In this document: one piece after another, positions 18,990 through 28,285 of the stretch | Numbering within the stretch: position 1 is the first letter of the stretch | Layout of the letters: each line of letters opens with the position of its first letter | Assembly: GCA_964503885.1 (NCBI GenBank) | Contig: CAZDCD010000015.1 | Span: 24,663 to 88,662 of the forward strand | Source: an uncultured Bacteroidales bacterium | GTDB taxonomy: Bacteria > Bacteroidota > Bacteroidia > Bacteroidales > UBA10428 | Length of the DNA: 64,000 nt | Reading direction: 5' to 3' | Program-made: the position numbers and the translations under genes | The notes under the pieces: generated by a model | Seen by the model: the letters and a program-made list of their open reading frames with translations, nothing else | What the model was told of the DNA's origin: nothing | Database searches by the model: none

Positions 18990-21227
18990 ATGACAAACAG
19001 GAGAGATTTCATCAAGATTTCCGCACTCGGCCTGGGTGGGATGGCACTTGGAGGAGCGGCATACAAAGCCTTTGCAGGCTCGGTATTCGGTCCTGGTTCG
19101 GTTCAGGCCATCAACAACATGAAACGAACGCCTACGTACTGTGAGGTTTGTTTCTGGAAGTGTGCAGGCTGGGTGTATAAGAACGATAATGGAAAAATCT
19201 GGAAGATCACCGGGAACGATGAAGATATGAACTGCAATGGCAGGTTCTGTCCCCGGGGTACCGGCGGAATCGGGATGTACTATGATGAAGACCGGCTGAA
19301 GACTCCCCTGATGAGGGTTGGCGAACGCGGCAATCAGACGTTTAAACCCGTAAGCTGGGACGAAGCTTTCGAATATATTGCAGAAAAGATGCAGGCGATA
19401 AAAAAGGAGCATGGACCTGAATGCATTGCATTGTTTACTCACGGATCGGGCGGTACCTATTTCGGAGACCTTCTGAAAGCTTTCGGTTCGTCAAACATCA
19501 CAGCGCCGTCGTATGCCCAGTGCCGTGGTCCCCGTGAAGTAGCCTTTATTGCCACCTACGGAGAAGGAGTGGAATCGCCTGAAATCACTGATCTGAGGGA
19601 TACCAAATGCCTTGTACTGATCGGTTCCCATATCGGAGAAAACATGCATAACGGTCAGGTGCAGGAAATGTCAGATGCCATTGACAAGGGGGCAACGATC
19701 ATCACCGTCGACCCCAGGTTTTCCACTGCGGCGAGTAAATCAAAATACTGGCTGCCCATCAAGCCTGCAACTGACCTGGCATTATTGCTTGCGTGGATCC
19801 ATGTCATTATCGGAGAAGAATTATACGATAAAAAATATGTGGAAAAATACACATTCGGGTTCGATGCCCTTAAAGAGCATGTGAAAAACTTTACCCCGGA
19901 ATGGGCATATGGCATTACCACCATAAAACCGGACGTCATCAGGGAAACCGCAAGAGAAATGGCGCATGCCGCTCCTTCGGTAATTGTACATCCCGGCCGG
20001 CACGTCACCTGGTACGGAGACGATACACAACGTCTGAGGGCCGTGGCTATTCTGAATGCCATCCTTGGGTCATGGGGAAAACGAGGCGGATTTTTCAGGC
20101 CCGATCGGGCCACCCTCCCCTCCTATCCCCATCCTGCATTTCCCGAATCAAAACGCACATGGAGAGATGCCTTTCCCGGGAAATTCAGGCTCGCAGACCT
20201 TGCTCTTGCTTCGGGCATATGTGAAGCAACCATTCCCACTGCTGCCAGAGACTGCAGTTTTAAAGGATGGATCGTGAACGGCACAAACCTCATTGAAACC
20301 TTGCCGAACCGGAAACAGACCATTGAAGCCATTCAGAGTCTCGACCTGCTGGTAACGATCGATACAATGCCTATGGAAATAACCGGCTGGGCCGATGTGG
20401 TGCTGCCGGAATGCACGTACCTGGAGCGATATGATTCAATTCGCACCGGTCCGCACCGTAAACCCCAAATCGCATTACGTATGCCGGCTTCTGAACCCTT
20501 ATATGATTCCAAGCCTGCATGGTGGATGGCAAAGGAACTATCGAAAAAACTGGGACTTGAAGATTATTTCAAATGGAATACTTTCGAAGAGGTCCTTGAC
20601 TGGCAGTTGAAGCAGATGGGAACCTCACTGGAAGAGATGCAGCGCATAGGCGTTAAAACCTATGAACGTGAGTACGACGACATTTACTTTGCGGAAGACC
20701 AAGAAGTAGAATTTTACACAAATACCGGCAAAATTGAATTGTATTCCACTTCATTCGAAGCCGAAGGATTTGATCCGATTCCGAAATATACACCTCATGA
20801 AGAACCGCCCGAAGGATTTTACAGGCTTATATACGGGCGTGCTCCCATGCATACGTTCAGCCGTACATCAAACAATCCCAATCTTACCGACCTGATGGAT
20901 GAAAACACGGTATGGATCAATCCCAAAGTGGCCAGGGAATGGGGAATTAAAAACGATCAGTATTTATGGCTGGTGAATCAGGACGGGATACGGTCTGATT
21001 TTCCAATAAAAGCCAGGGTAACGGAACGGATCAGGTGGGATTCGGTATATATTGTCCATGGTTTCGGCCATGCAGATAAGCGCCTGACCCGATGTTACGG
21101 CAAAGGAGCCAGCGATGCCAAAATGATTACCAGGGTGCATGTTGATCCGGTTATGGGGGGAACCGGCATGCGGGGTAATTTTGTGACATTTGTGTTTGAA
21201 CCTGAAAAAGAGGAGGCACAGTCATGA
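18990..21227 (+). CDS. Tat-exported molybdopterin (bis-MGD) oxidoreductase catalytic subunit, PsrA/PhsA-like
   Basis: Twin-arginine signal MTNRRDFIKISALGLGG. N-terminal CEVCFWKC..C FeS motif. Size and context (a 4-cluster ferredoxin plus an NrfD subunit) fit polysulfide/thiosulfate-reductase-type enzymes. Confidence 0.75.
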   Translation: MTNRRDFIKISALGLGGMALGGAAYKAFAGSVFGPGSVQAINNMKRTPTYCEVCFWKCAGWVYKNDNGKIWKITGNDEDMNCNGRFCPRGTGGIGMYYDEDRLKTPLMRVGERGNQTFKPVSWDEAFEYIAEKMQAIKKEHGPECIALFTHGSGGTYFGDLLKAFGSSNITAPSYAQCRGPREVAFIATYGEGVESPEITDLRDTKCLVLIGSHIGENMHNGQVQEMSDAIDKGATIITVDPRFSTAASKSKYWLPIKPATDLALLLAWIHVIIGEELYDKKYVEKYTFGFDALKEHVKNFTPEWAYGITTIKPDVIRETAREMAHAAPSVIVHPGRHVTWYGDDTQRLRAVAILNAILGSWGKRGGFFRPDRATLPSYPHPAFPESKRTWRDAFPGKFRLADLALASGICEATIPTAARDCSFKGWIVNGTNLIETLPNRKQTIEAIQSLDLLVTIDTMPMEITGWADVVLPECTYLERYDSIRTGPHRKPQIALRMPASEPLYDSKPAWWMAKELSKKLGLEDYFKWNTFEEVLDWQLKQMGTSLEEMQRIGVKTYEREYDDIYFAEDQEVEFYTNTGKIELYSTSFEAEGFDPIPKYTPHEEPPEGFYRLIYGRAPMHTFSRTSNNPNLTDLMDENTVWINPKVAREWGIKNDQYLWLVNQDGIRSDFPIKARVTERIRWDSVYIVHGFGHADKRLTRCYGKGASDAKMITRVHVDPVMGGTGMRGNFVTFVFEPEKEEAQS

Positions 21228-21757
21228 GATACGCTATGGCCGTAGATACCCGGAAATGTGTTGGATGCAGCGATTGCGTGGTGGCATGCCAGACCGAGAA
21301 TAATGTGCCCATAGGCTATTGCCGTGACTGGGTTGTGGAAGTTACCGACGGTACCTACCCCCAGCTTGAGCTTGAAAATCGTTCCGAGCGGTGCAATCAT
21401 TGTAATAATTCCCCATGTGTGCGGTGCTGCCCTACCGGCGCCAGTCATTACAGCGACGGAGGCATAGTGCTTGTTACCCGTAATAAATGTATCGGGTGCG
21501 GGGCGTGTATTGCATCATGTCCATATGATGCCCGTTATCCGCATCCCGACGGATATGTGGATAAATGCACATTTTGCATACACAGGATTAAGAACGGCCT
21601 TGAGCCTGCCTGTGTAGCCGTGTGCCCTACAAAATGCATGTATTTTGGCGACCTGGATGATCCGAAAAGCGATGTTTCGGTCGTTCTGAAAAAACGAAAA
21701 TCAAAAACACTCATACCCGAGGCAGGTACGCAACCCGAACTGTATTTTCTTATATAA
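21224..21757 (+). CDS. 4Fe-4S dicluster electron-transfer subunit (PsrB-like)
   Basis: Four Cys clusters: CVGCSDCVVAC, CNHCNNSPCVRCCP, CIGCGACIASCP and CTFC..CVAVCP. It has an ATGA overlap with the upstream gene. Confidence 0.85.
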   Translation: MRYAMAVDTRKCVGCSDCVVACQTENNVPIGYCRDWVVEVTDGTYPQLELENRSERCNHCNNSPCVRCCPTGASHYSDGGIVLVTRNKCIGCGACIASCPYDARYPHPDGYVDKCTFCIHRIKNGLEPACVAVCPTKCMYFGDLDDPKSDVSVVLKKRKSKTLIPEAGTQPELYFLI

Positions 21758-21773
21758 TACCAAAAAACAGCAT

Positions 21774-22715
21774 ATGAAAGAAGAAATTATCGTAAGCGGC
21801 AGAATGAATGCATGGGTTGATCCGCATCTCAATATCTGGCATTGGCAGATCCCGCTGTATCTTTTTCTGGGAGGACTTGCTGCCGGTATTTTGTTTTTTG
21901 CCTCTTTGTATTATATTATGAATAAGGAAGATAAATATCCCACAGCCGTAAGAAAAGCCCCGATGATCGTACCACTGATCTTGGTGATCGGACTGGCAGC
22001 CCTGCTTCTCGACCTAAAGCACAAACCCTTTTTCTGGAGGCTTTACACCACCATCAGGTTTGAATCTCCCATGTCATGGGGAGCATGGACACTCCTGGCT
22101 GTAACACCGTTGTCGTTCATCTGGGCAGCCTTATCGATCAGGGACATCTTTCCGAAATGGGATTGGAAATTCAAATGGATAAAGGATTTTGAAGCGTTCT
22201 GCTCGGCTCACAAGCTCCAGATTGCCTGGGTTATGCTGATCCTTGCTGTAATCCTTGGCATATATACTGGCATCCTGTTGTCGGCGTTTAATGCGCGTCC
22301 TTTATGGAATACATCAATCCTGGGACCGTTGTTCCTCGTCTCGGGACTGTCAACCGGCGCTGCAGTGATCATTCTCATGTCGGGATCGCACGAAGAAAAG
22401 GTTGTGTTTGCCCGGATTGATATCATCTTAATAGGCATTGAGCTATTCCTGATCGTTCATATGTTCATGGGGTTCTTTGCCAGCCACCAGGTTCAGATCG
22501 ATGCGGCAAAAATGTTCCTTGGCGGCCCGTTTACGGCATCATTCTGGATCTTTGTGGTAGCCCTGGGATTGTTAATCCCTGCACTGCTTGAAGTCCTTGA
22601 GCTCAGAAAATATAAAATTCCGGTAATTATACCGGCAACTCTTGTTCTTTTTGGCGGAATTATGATGCGGTTTATCATTGCCTATGCCGGGCAGGCAAGC
22701 AGGTGGCTGTATTGA
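21774..22715 (+). CDS. NrfD/PsrC-family membrane anchor subunit
   Basis: 313 aa with about 8 TM helices, in the typical position after the A and B subunits. Confidence 0.8.
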   Translation: MKEEIIVSGRMNAWVDPHLNIWHWQIPLYLFLGGLAAGILFFASLYYIMNKEDKYPTAVRKAPMIVPLILVIGLAALLLDLKHKPFFWRLYTTIRFESPMSWGAWTLLAVTPLSFIWAALSIRDIFPKWDWKFKWIKDFEAFCSAHKLQIAWVMLILAVILGIYTGILLSAFNARPLWNTSILGPLFLVSGLSTGAAVIILMSGSHEEKVVFARIDIILIGIELFLIVHMFMGFFASHQVQIDAAKMFLGGPFTASFWIFVVALGLLIPALLEVLELRKYKIPVIIPATLVLFGGIMMRFIIAYAGQASRWLY

Positions 22716-22749
22716 AAAGAAATTGTAAAGCATTAACAGACATATACCT

Positions 22750-23289
22750 ATGGAAAAGAAAACGAAGTACATCAATCCTTACATCGGCGGAGTGCTTCTC
22801 GGAGTTGTACTCCTTGCAGCGAATTTTATTTCTGGTCGTGGCCTCGGCGCCAGTGGAGCTGTTAAAAGTGCCATGGTAGCGGCGGCCGAAACGGTTGCCC
22901 CCAGGCATGTTGAAAAGGCGCCATTCTACCGTGATTATTTTAAAACACACGGAGATGGTGGCGATACCAAAAGCAGTCCCATGAAATCGTGGCTGGTTTT
23001 TGAAATGCTCGGTGTGCTGGTTGGCGGATTTATTTCCGGGGCAATTGCCGGAAGATTAAAGATCAGGGTGGAACACTCGCCACGGATCAGCTCTAACAGG
23101 AGGCTACTTTTTGCCCTGATGGGTGGCGTGCTGTTCGGATTTGGTTCCCAGCTGGGACGAGGGTGCACAAGCGGCTCGGCACTGAGCGGCATGGCTGTGT
23201 TGTCACTGGGAGGGTTCATTACCATGGCTGCCATTTTCGGTACCGCCTTTGCGCTTGCTTATTTTTTCAGGAAAAATTGGATTCAATGA
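22750..23289 (+). CDS. YeeE/YedE-family sulfur-compound transporter half-protein
   Basis: Contains NPYIGGVLLG..GRGLGASGA and GSQLGRGCTSGSALSG. Confidence 0.75.
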   Translation: MEKKTKYINPYIGGVLLGVVLLAANFISGRGLGASGAVKSAMVAAAETVAPRHVEKAPFYRDYFKTHGDGGDTKSSPMKSWLVFEMLGVLVGGFISGAIAGRLKIRVEHSPRISSNRRLLFALMGGVLFGFGSQLGRGCTSGSALSGMAVLSLGGFITMAAIFGTAFALAYFFRKNWIQ

Positions 23290-23320
23290 GTTACAGGGTA
23301 AACAGGGGTTACAGGGGTTA
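23290..23320. repeat. short tandem GTTACAGGG-type repeat directly after a stop codon
   Basis: gttacaggg taaacagggg ttacagggg tta, followed by ggaacagaacaacatggaaca. Confidence 0.7.
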
Positions 23321-23387
23321 TATATATAGTGAATCAAAATAGGAACAGAACAACATGGAACAATTATAAAATTAAACATAAAATAAC

Positions 23388-23978
23388 ATGGGACCATTGA
23401 TCGTAAACAATATCATTTCACAGAATACCAATCTGTTGCTTGCGTTTATTATAGGAATTGGTTTTGGCTGGGTACTTGAAAGCAGCGGTTTTTCATCGAG
23501 CCGCAAACTTGCCGGGGTTTTTTACGGGTATGATGCGGTTGTTTTGAAGGTATTTTTTACCGCCGCAGTGACCGCAATGCTGGGATTGCTTTTCTTCAGC
23601 CTGTTCGGTTGGATAAACCTGGATTATGTGTATATCAATCCTACCTTTGTCAGTTCCGCGATCTGGGGTGGTGTAATTATGGGGGCGGGATTTATTATGG
23701 GCGGTTTTTGTCCGGGCACCAGTTTTTGTGCAGCCTCAATAGGCAAAGTCGATGCCCTGGTATTTATCGGTGGATTGTTCATCGGCGTAATCGTTTTTGC
23801 CGAAGGCTACCCGTTATGGGAGACTCTGTATAAGGCGAATTTCATCGGCGCCCCGAAACTGAGTGAAGCCCTGGGATTGTCTGATGGCCTGCTGGCCCTT
23901 GGTGTGATCCTTGCCGCGACCGGTATGTTTTATGTTGCCGAGTGGGCAGAAAAGAAGTTCCCGCAACCCGAATATTAA
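23388..23978 (+). CDS. YeeE/YedE-family sulfur-compound transporter half-protein
   Basis: Contains GFGWVLESSGFSS and GAGFIMGGFCPGTSFCAAS. Confidence 0.75.
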   Translation: MGPLIVNNIISQNTNLLLAFIIGIGFGWVLESSGFSSSRKLAGVFYGYDAVVLKVFFTAAVTAMLGLLFFSLFGWINLDYVYINPTFVSSAIWGGVIMGAGFIMGGFCPGTSFCAASIGKVDALVFIGGLFIGVIVFAEGYPLWETLYKANFIGAPKLSEALGLSDGLLALGVILAATGMFYVAEWAEKKFPQPEY

Positions 23979-24017
23979 ACTATACAGGTAAAATGAAAAT
24001 GTATTAAAAACAGGAAT

Positions 24018-24635
24018 ATGAAAACACGTGTAATTCTATCCATCTTGTTAATAGGTTTAGGCCTGATCATTGCGGCTGTCCCCCAGAACGTCACACATAA
24101 GTTCAAGCTCACCCCACAACAGCTGCTTGAAGAGGCCAACACGAAAGTGAAGTATTTCACACCCGATGAAGTGGCTGAGCTGCTGATCAATAAAGATCCG
24201 TCAATAAGGCTTATCGATGTGAGACCGCAGGATGAATACGACAAGTTTCATCTTCCTGGAGCAGTGAACATTCCGCGTACCGATCTCCTGAACAGCGAAT
24301 ATAAAGATGTTCTCGACCAGGATATCAAACAGAACATTTTTTATTCAAACGGAACTGTGGAAGCGAACGAAGCCTGGATGGTTACCCGCCAGCTCGGATA
24401 CCTGAATAACTATATCCTGATGGGAGGATTGAATTACTGGGCTGAAACGATCATGAATCCTGTTCACCCTGCAAATACCTCGCCCGATGAAGAGATAGCC
24501 AGGTACCAGTTCCGTATGGGCGCAGGACAGGCACTGGGAGGAGCACAACCCGAAGAGACTTCCGAATCAGTCATCAAGATAGACAAACCCATCATCAAAC
24601 GCCCTGCAAAGAAAAGGGTGCAGGGTGGATGCTGA
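24018..24635 (+). CDS. membrane-anchored rhodanese-like domain protein (non-canonical active-site loop)
   Basis: N-terminal TM helix. Rhodanese fold signature LIDVRPQDEYDKFHLPGAVNIP...GGLNYW. The position of the catalytic Cys reads FYSNGTVEA. The only Cys in the protein is the last residue (..RVQGGC). Confidence 0.7.
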   Translation: MKTRVILSILLIGLGLIIAAVPQNVTHKFKLTPQQLLEEANTKVKYFTPDEVAELLINKDPSIRLIDVRPQDEYDKFHLPGAVNIPRTDLLNSEYKDVLDQDIKQNIFYSNGTVEANEAWMVTRQLGYLNNYILMGGLNYWAETIMNPVHPANTSPDEEIARYQFRMGAGQALGGAQPEETSESVIKIDKPIIKRPAKKRVQGGC

Positions 24636-25082
24636 AATGAGACTGGGGTTTTTAGCAAGAGCAAGTGGATGGATGCTGGAAACAAGATGCCAGTTGCTGA
24701 ATGAACCCGGAGTAATCATTAGTCCCCGTTTGTCATGACTTGACTATTGCCGGAGCGGACAGCGGCTGGCATGCAGTTTGTGGCATGCAGGTTTCTGGGT
24801 TTGGGGCTACTGTTTTTTTGATTAAAAAAAATAATTGATCAGGGAATAACGGATTGAAATATTGCTTGATGATCTATAAATAAAGGGATGCGGATTATAA
24901 ACAACAGAAATTGACGTTAGTCAGAATTGGATTACATCTTCCCCAACTTTTCATCGATATATAATATAACTGCTTTATAAAAAGGAGAATATACTTACCG
25001 GAACAGGTGACGCATCTCATCCTTAATAAACCAACTTCTTAGTTTTTACTGCGTAAACCATAAGCATAACAAATATAATAAT

Positions 25083-25571
25083 ATGAAATACAAACAATTA
25101 ATGATGTGTGCTTTTTTTCTGTCAGGTATGAGCCTTGCAATATTAAAAGCACAAGAAGCCATGCCTGCCTCGGGAGGTGAAGCTTCAGGAGGCGGAGGCT
25201 CTGTGAGTTATTCCATTGGTCAGGTGATGTATACCACAAATACCGGAACAAGCGGCTCTGCAACGCAGGGAGTACAGCAAGCTTATATTATTTCTGAGAT
25301 ATCAGGAATTGAGCAGTCGAAAGGCATTACCCTGGAATACTCGGTTTATCCCAATCCGACAATAGATTTTTTAAACCTAAGAATTAGGAATTATAACAAC
25401 ATGAACCTGACATATCAAATTCTGGATGTTGACGGAAAACTTCTAAAGAATGAAAAAACGGAAGGTGAAGTAACAACGATCTCTATGAAAGATCTTATTC
25501 CCGGAGTTTATTTTCTGAGAGTTTCAGGAAACAAAAAAGAAGTAAAAACATTTCAAATCATTAAAAAATAA
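25083..25571 (+). CDS. small secreted protein with a T9SS C-terminal sorting domain
   Basis: Signal peptide, a Gly/Ser-rich segment, then YPNPT..DFLNL...GVYFLRV..KTFQIIKK, which is typical of a type-A T9SS CTD. Confidence 0.75.
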   Translation: MKYKQLMMCAFFLSGMSLAILKAQEAMPASGGEASGGGGSVSYSIGQVMYTTNTGTSGSATQGVQQAYIISEISGIEQSKGITLEYSVYPNPTIDFLNLRIRNYNNMNLTYQILDVDGKLLKNEKTEGEVTTISMKDLIPGVYFLRVSGNKKEVKTFQIIKK

Positions 25572-25577
25572 AATAGT

Positions 25578-27581
25578 ATGAACAAGTTATTTACCATTGT
25601 AGGAGTAGTATTATTTACCGCAGGGGTGTTCCTGCCCCAGCAGGCAGATGCTCAACCACCCGAAAAAATGAGTTATCAGGCAGTATTAAGAAATGCAGAT
25701 AATGCTTTATTGACAAGTACAGTAGTTGGAATGCAAATAAGCATTTTGATAAGTACTGCCGATGGAACAGCGGTTTATGTAGAAACCCAAACACCAATTA
25801 CCAACGCCAACGGATTGGTGAGTTTAGAAATTGGAACCGGAACAAGTACAGATGATTTCAGCAGCATTGACTGGTCTGCCGGACCTTATTTTATTAAAAC
25901 TGAAACCGATCCTGAAGGTGGAATAAACTACGCCATTACCGGTACAAGTCAGTTATTGAGTGTACCTTATGCTTTGTATGCAAAAACGGCTGAAAGCATT
26001 ACCGGGACTATTACCGAAGACGACCCGGTTTATATAAGTAGCGAGGCTGCCAACATTACAGCCACCGACATTAACAATTTAGGTTACCTATCAGGCACCA
26101 ATACAGGCGACCAGGATTTAAGTGGTTTAGCAGCACAAACTGCATTAGAAGATTCTGCATCAGCTATCAGATCAGCTATATCCGATGTAAGTGGTTTTAT
26201 TAGTATTGAAACAGATCCTGTTTTTGGAGCAAGCGTAGCCGCAAATATTACGTCTGGAGATATTACCCACTTAGGTAACTTGTCCGGCACCAACACAGGC
26301 GACCAGAATTTAACTGGTTTAGCAACACAAACTGCATTAAAAGATACCGCGTCAGCTATCAGATCAGCTATACCCGATGTCAGCGGGTTTTTAACTTCTG
26401 AAACCGACCCATTTTACGCAACAAGCGAAGCTATAAATATTGATGCAAATGATATTACTAACCTGGGTAATTTATCAGGCATCAATACAGGAAACCAGGA
26501 TTTAAGTGGTTTAGCGGCACAAACTGCATTAGAAGATACCGCGTCAGCTATCAGATCAGCTATACCCGACGTCAGCGGATTTTTAAGCATAGAAACCGAC
26601 CCATTTTACGCAGCAAGCGAAGCCATAAATATTGATGCAAATGATATTACTAACCTGGGTAATTTATCAGGCATCAATACAGGAAACCAGGATTTAAGTG
26701 GTTTAGCGGCACAAACTGCATTAGAAGATACCGCGTCAGCTATCAGATCAGCTATACCCGACGTCAGCGGATTTTTAACTTCTGAAACTGACCCTGTTTA
26801 TGGTTCATCGGTTGCCGCAGGCATAACCGGAACTGATACAATCAACTGGAACAATGATTTGGTTGATGATGCTGATGCTGATACCACAAATGAACTACAA
26901 AATTTTGAACAGGTTTTGATAAAAGGAAATGATGCAAATGGCATTAGCATTGTTAACACGGGAAAAATTGGTGTGGGAACGGCTTCACCAAGTGCAGAAT
27001 CATCCATGGAAATAGCAATTGCCCTTCCGGTTATTTTTCCTTCAATGACCCAGTCGGAAGTTAACGCAATTTTTTCTCCTGTAGAGGGCATGGTTCAGTT
27101 TAATACGGATGCTCATAAGTTGCAGGTGTATGCTATGCTCACCGATAATGCATCTATTTTAAATGAGATTTTCATGAACAACAGTTCAGGTCCTTTTAAC
27201 CCGATACTAAATCAATCCTGTACTTCTCCCATTGATGGACAAGTAGTCGCGATTGAAATAATGTATAAGGATTTTGATTTAGCGATTCCTGATATTGATC
27301 TTGATGTAAATGGTGTTTTCCAAGGCATACAGATGATGCCAAGTTATACACAATTTACTTGGCATACATTTACGTTGGAAACGCCAGCTCCGGTAACTGC
27401 GGGTGTGCCGTTCAATTTTAATTTCATGGGACCCGGAGCTGATTTTCATGAATTTGCAACGAATAGTAATTATCCCAATGGGTCAGGAGGATGTTGTTTT
27501 GATTCTGGCGACGATGATTTATTGTTCAGGGTTCATATTCAGCCTGACCCTGGTAGTTATGGCTGGCAGAATATGCATTAG
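25578..27581 (+). CDS. secreted repeat protein (tail-fibre/adhesin-like), four to five 64-aa repeats
   Basis: Signal peptide. The N-terminal domain KMSYQAVLR..GPYFIKTETDP..SVPYALYAKTAE is common in Bacteroidota surface proteins. It then has ETDP..NI...DI..LGNLSG.NTG.QDLSGLAAQTALED.ASAIRSAIPDVSGF repeats. Confidence 0.7.
   Translation: MNKLFTIVGVVLFTAGVFLPQQADAQPPEKMSYQAVLRNADNALLTSTVVGMQISILISTADGTAVYVETQTPITNANGLVSLEIGTGTSTDDFSSIDWSAGPYFIKTETDPEGGINYAITGTSQLLSVPYALYAKTAESITGTITEDDPVYISSEAANITATDINNLGYLSGTNTGDQDLSGLAAQTALEDSASAIRSAISDVSGFISIETDPVFGASVAANITSGDITHLGNLSGTNTGDQNLTGLATQTALKDTASAIRSAIPDVSGFLTSETDPFYATSEAINIDANDITNLGNLSGINTGNQDLSGLAAQTALEDTASAIRSAIPDVSGFLSIETDPFYAASEAINIDANDITNLGNLSGINTGNQDLSGLAAQTALEDTASAIRSAIPDVSGFLTSETDPVYGSSVAAGITGTDTINWNNDLVDDADADTTNELQNFEQVLIKGNDANGISIVNTGKIGVGTASPSAESSMEIAIALPVIFPSMTQSEVNAIFSPVEGMVQFNTDAHKLQVYAMLTDNASILNEIFMNNSSGPFNPILNQSCTSPIDGQVVAIEIMYKDFDLAIPDIDLDVNGVFQGIQMMPSYTQFTWHTFTLETPAPVTAGVPFNFNFMGPGADFHEFATNSNYPNGSGGCCFDSGDDDLLFRVHIQPDPGSYGWQNMH
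26016..26850 (+). repeat. 192-bp in-frame tandem repeat array (about 4.3 copies)
   Basis: Unit starts (gaaac[ac]ga[tc]cc) fall at 26208, 26400, 26592 and 26784, exactly 192 nt apart, with a more divergent copy from about 26016. Units 26400-26591 and 26592-26783 are nearly identical. Confidence 0.9.
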
Positions 27582-27619
27582 TACCACGAATTATTTAAAA
27601 GTTAAGAAAATTTGCTTTT

Positions 27620-27653
27620 AAAAGAGCCCTTCAATAATGAAGGGCTCTTTTAT
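27620..27653 (+). terminator. intrinsic terminator
   Basis: aaagagccctt-caataatg-aagggctcttt followed by a T-rich tail. Confidence 0.8.
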
Positions 27654-27657
27654 GTTT

Positions 27658-27760
27658 GTAACAGCAAACCCCACCAGGCGTAGTTTCTGACTTCGTTTAA
27701 AATAAAAGTTAGTTCCAGCGATGCCAGGCTGGTTTCGCTCCGCTTCCGGTGCCCTGTTAC
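27658..27760. repeat. about 100-nt imperfect palindrome (GTAACAG...CTGTTAC type)
   Basis: The left arm gtaacag-caaacc-ccaccaggcg pairs with the right arm cgcttccggtg-cc-ctgttac, with bulges. Confidence 0.6.
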
Positions 27761-28084
27761 TGCCCCAGATATAAAATTTTATAATTTTTCTGCCGGTAAA
27801 CCCACAGAATTTTTAACTTGAATAGACTAAATCCCTTTAGGGGCAACGAGTTGCATTGAAATGAATTCTGAAAATAAAAAAGGTATAAAGTGTACTCAGA
27901 AGGTCTATTTTGAAAACCAAATTACGGGTTATAATAGGACAAATAATACTGAAACAGGTGCATATATAAGAAGTTAGCGTTCATGCTATGGCAGCGACAC
28001 AATAAACGAAAAACTATGAAAAGACAACGCACAAATAGCACATTTGTAAGCTCCAACACACAAACTGATGCTTCAGCTTGAAAA

Positions 28085-28285
28085 AGAGCTATTTTTTTGC
28101 TCCCGCACAGGGCGAATTGCCTCGTTTTCCTCTCGGCAGGAATTTTAACCGCAACGCATATGCACCCCAACCGCCTTCTGTTCAATTTAACGTGTATAAC
28201 TCATTTATTTTAAATAAAATTTGTAAGTTGGTTGCGAATGGATAAGTTAACTAAAGCAATGGCAACTAAAACCAGGACGATACAG
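28085..28285. repeat. intergenic repeat element, copy A (shares blocks with 56633-56740)
   Basis: Shares the blocks AGAGCT, GAATTGCCTCgTTTtCCTCTCGG and ATTTTAA, plus the exact 19-mer TAAAACCAGGACGATACAG (28267-28285), with the second copy. Confidence 0.8.

Noticed and set aside
26016-26850. The possibility that the regular repeats are a CRISPR array.
   Set aside because: The 192-bp units are contiguous with no unique spacers, are in frame, and encode a conserved 64-aa protein repeat inside a 667-aa ORF. No cas genes are present. No other direct-repeat/spacer architecture was seen in the window.
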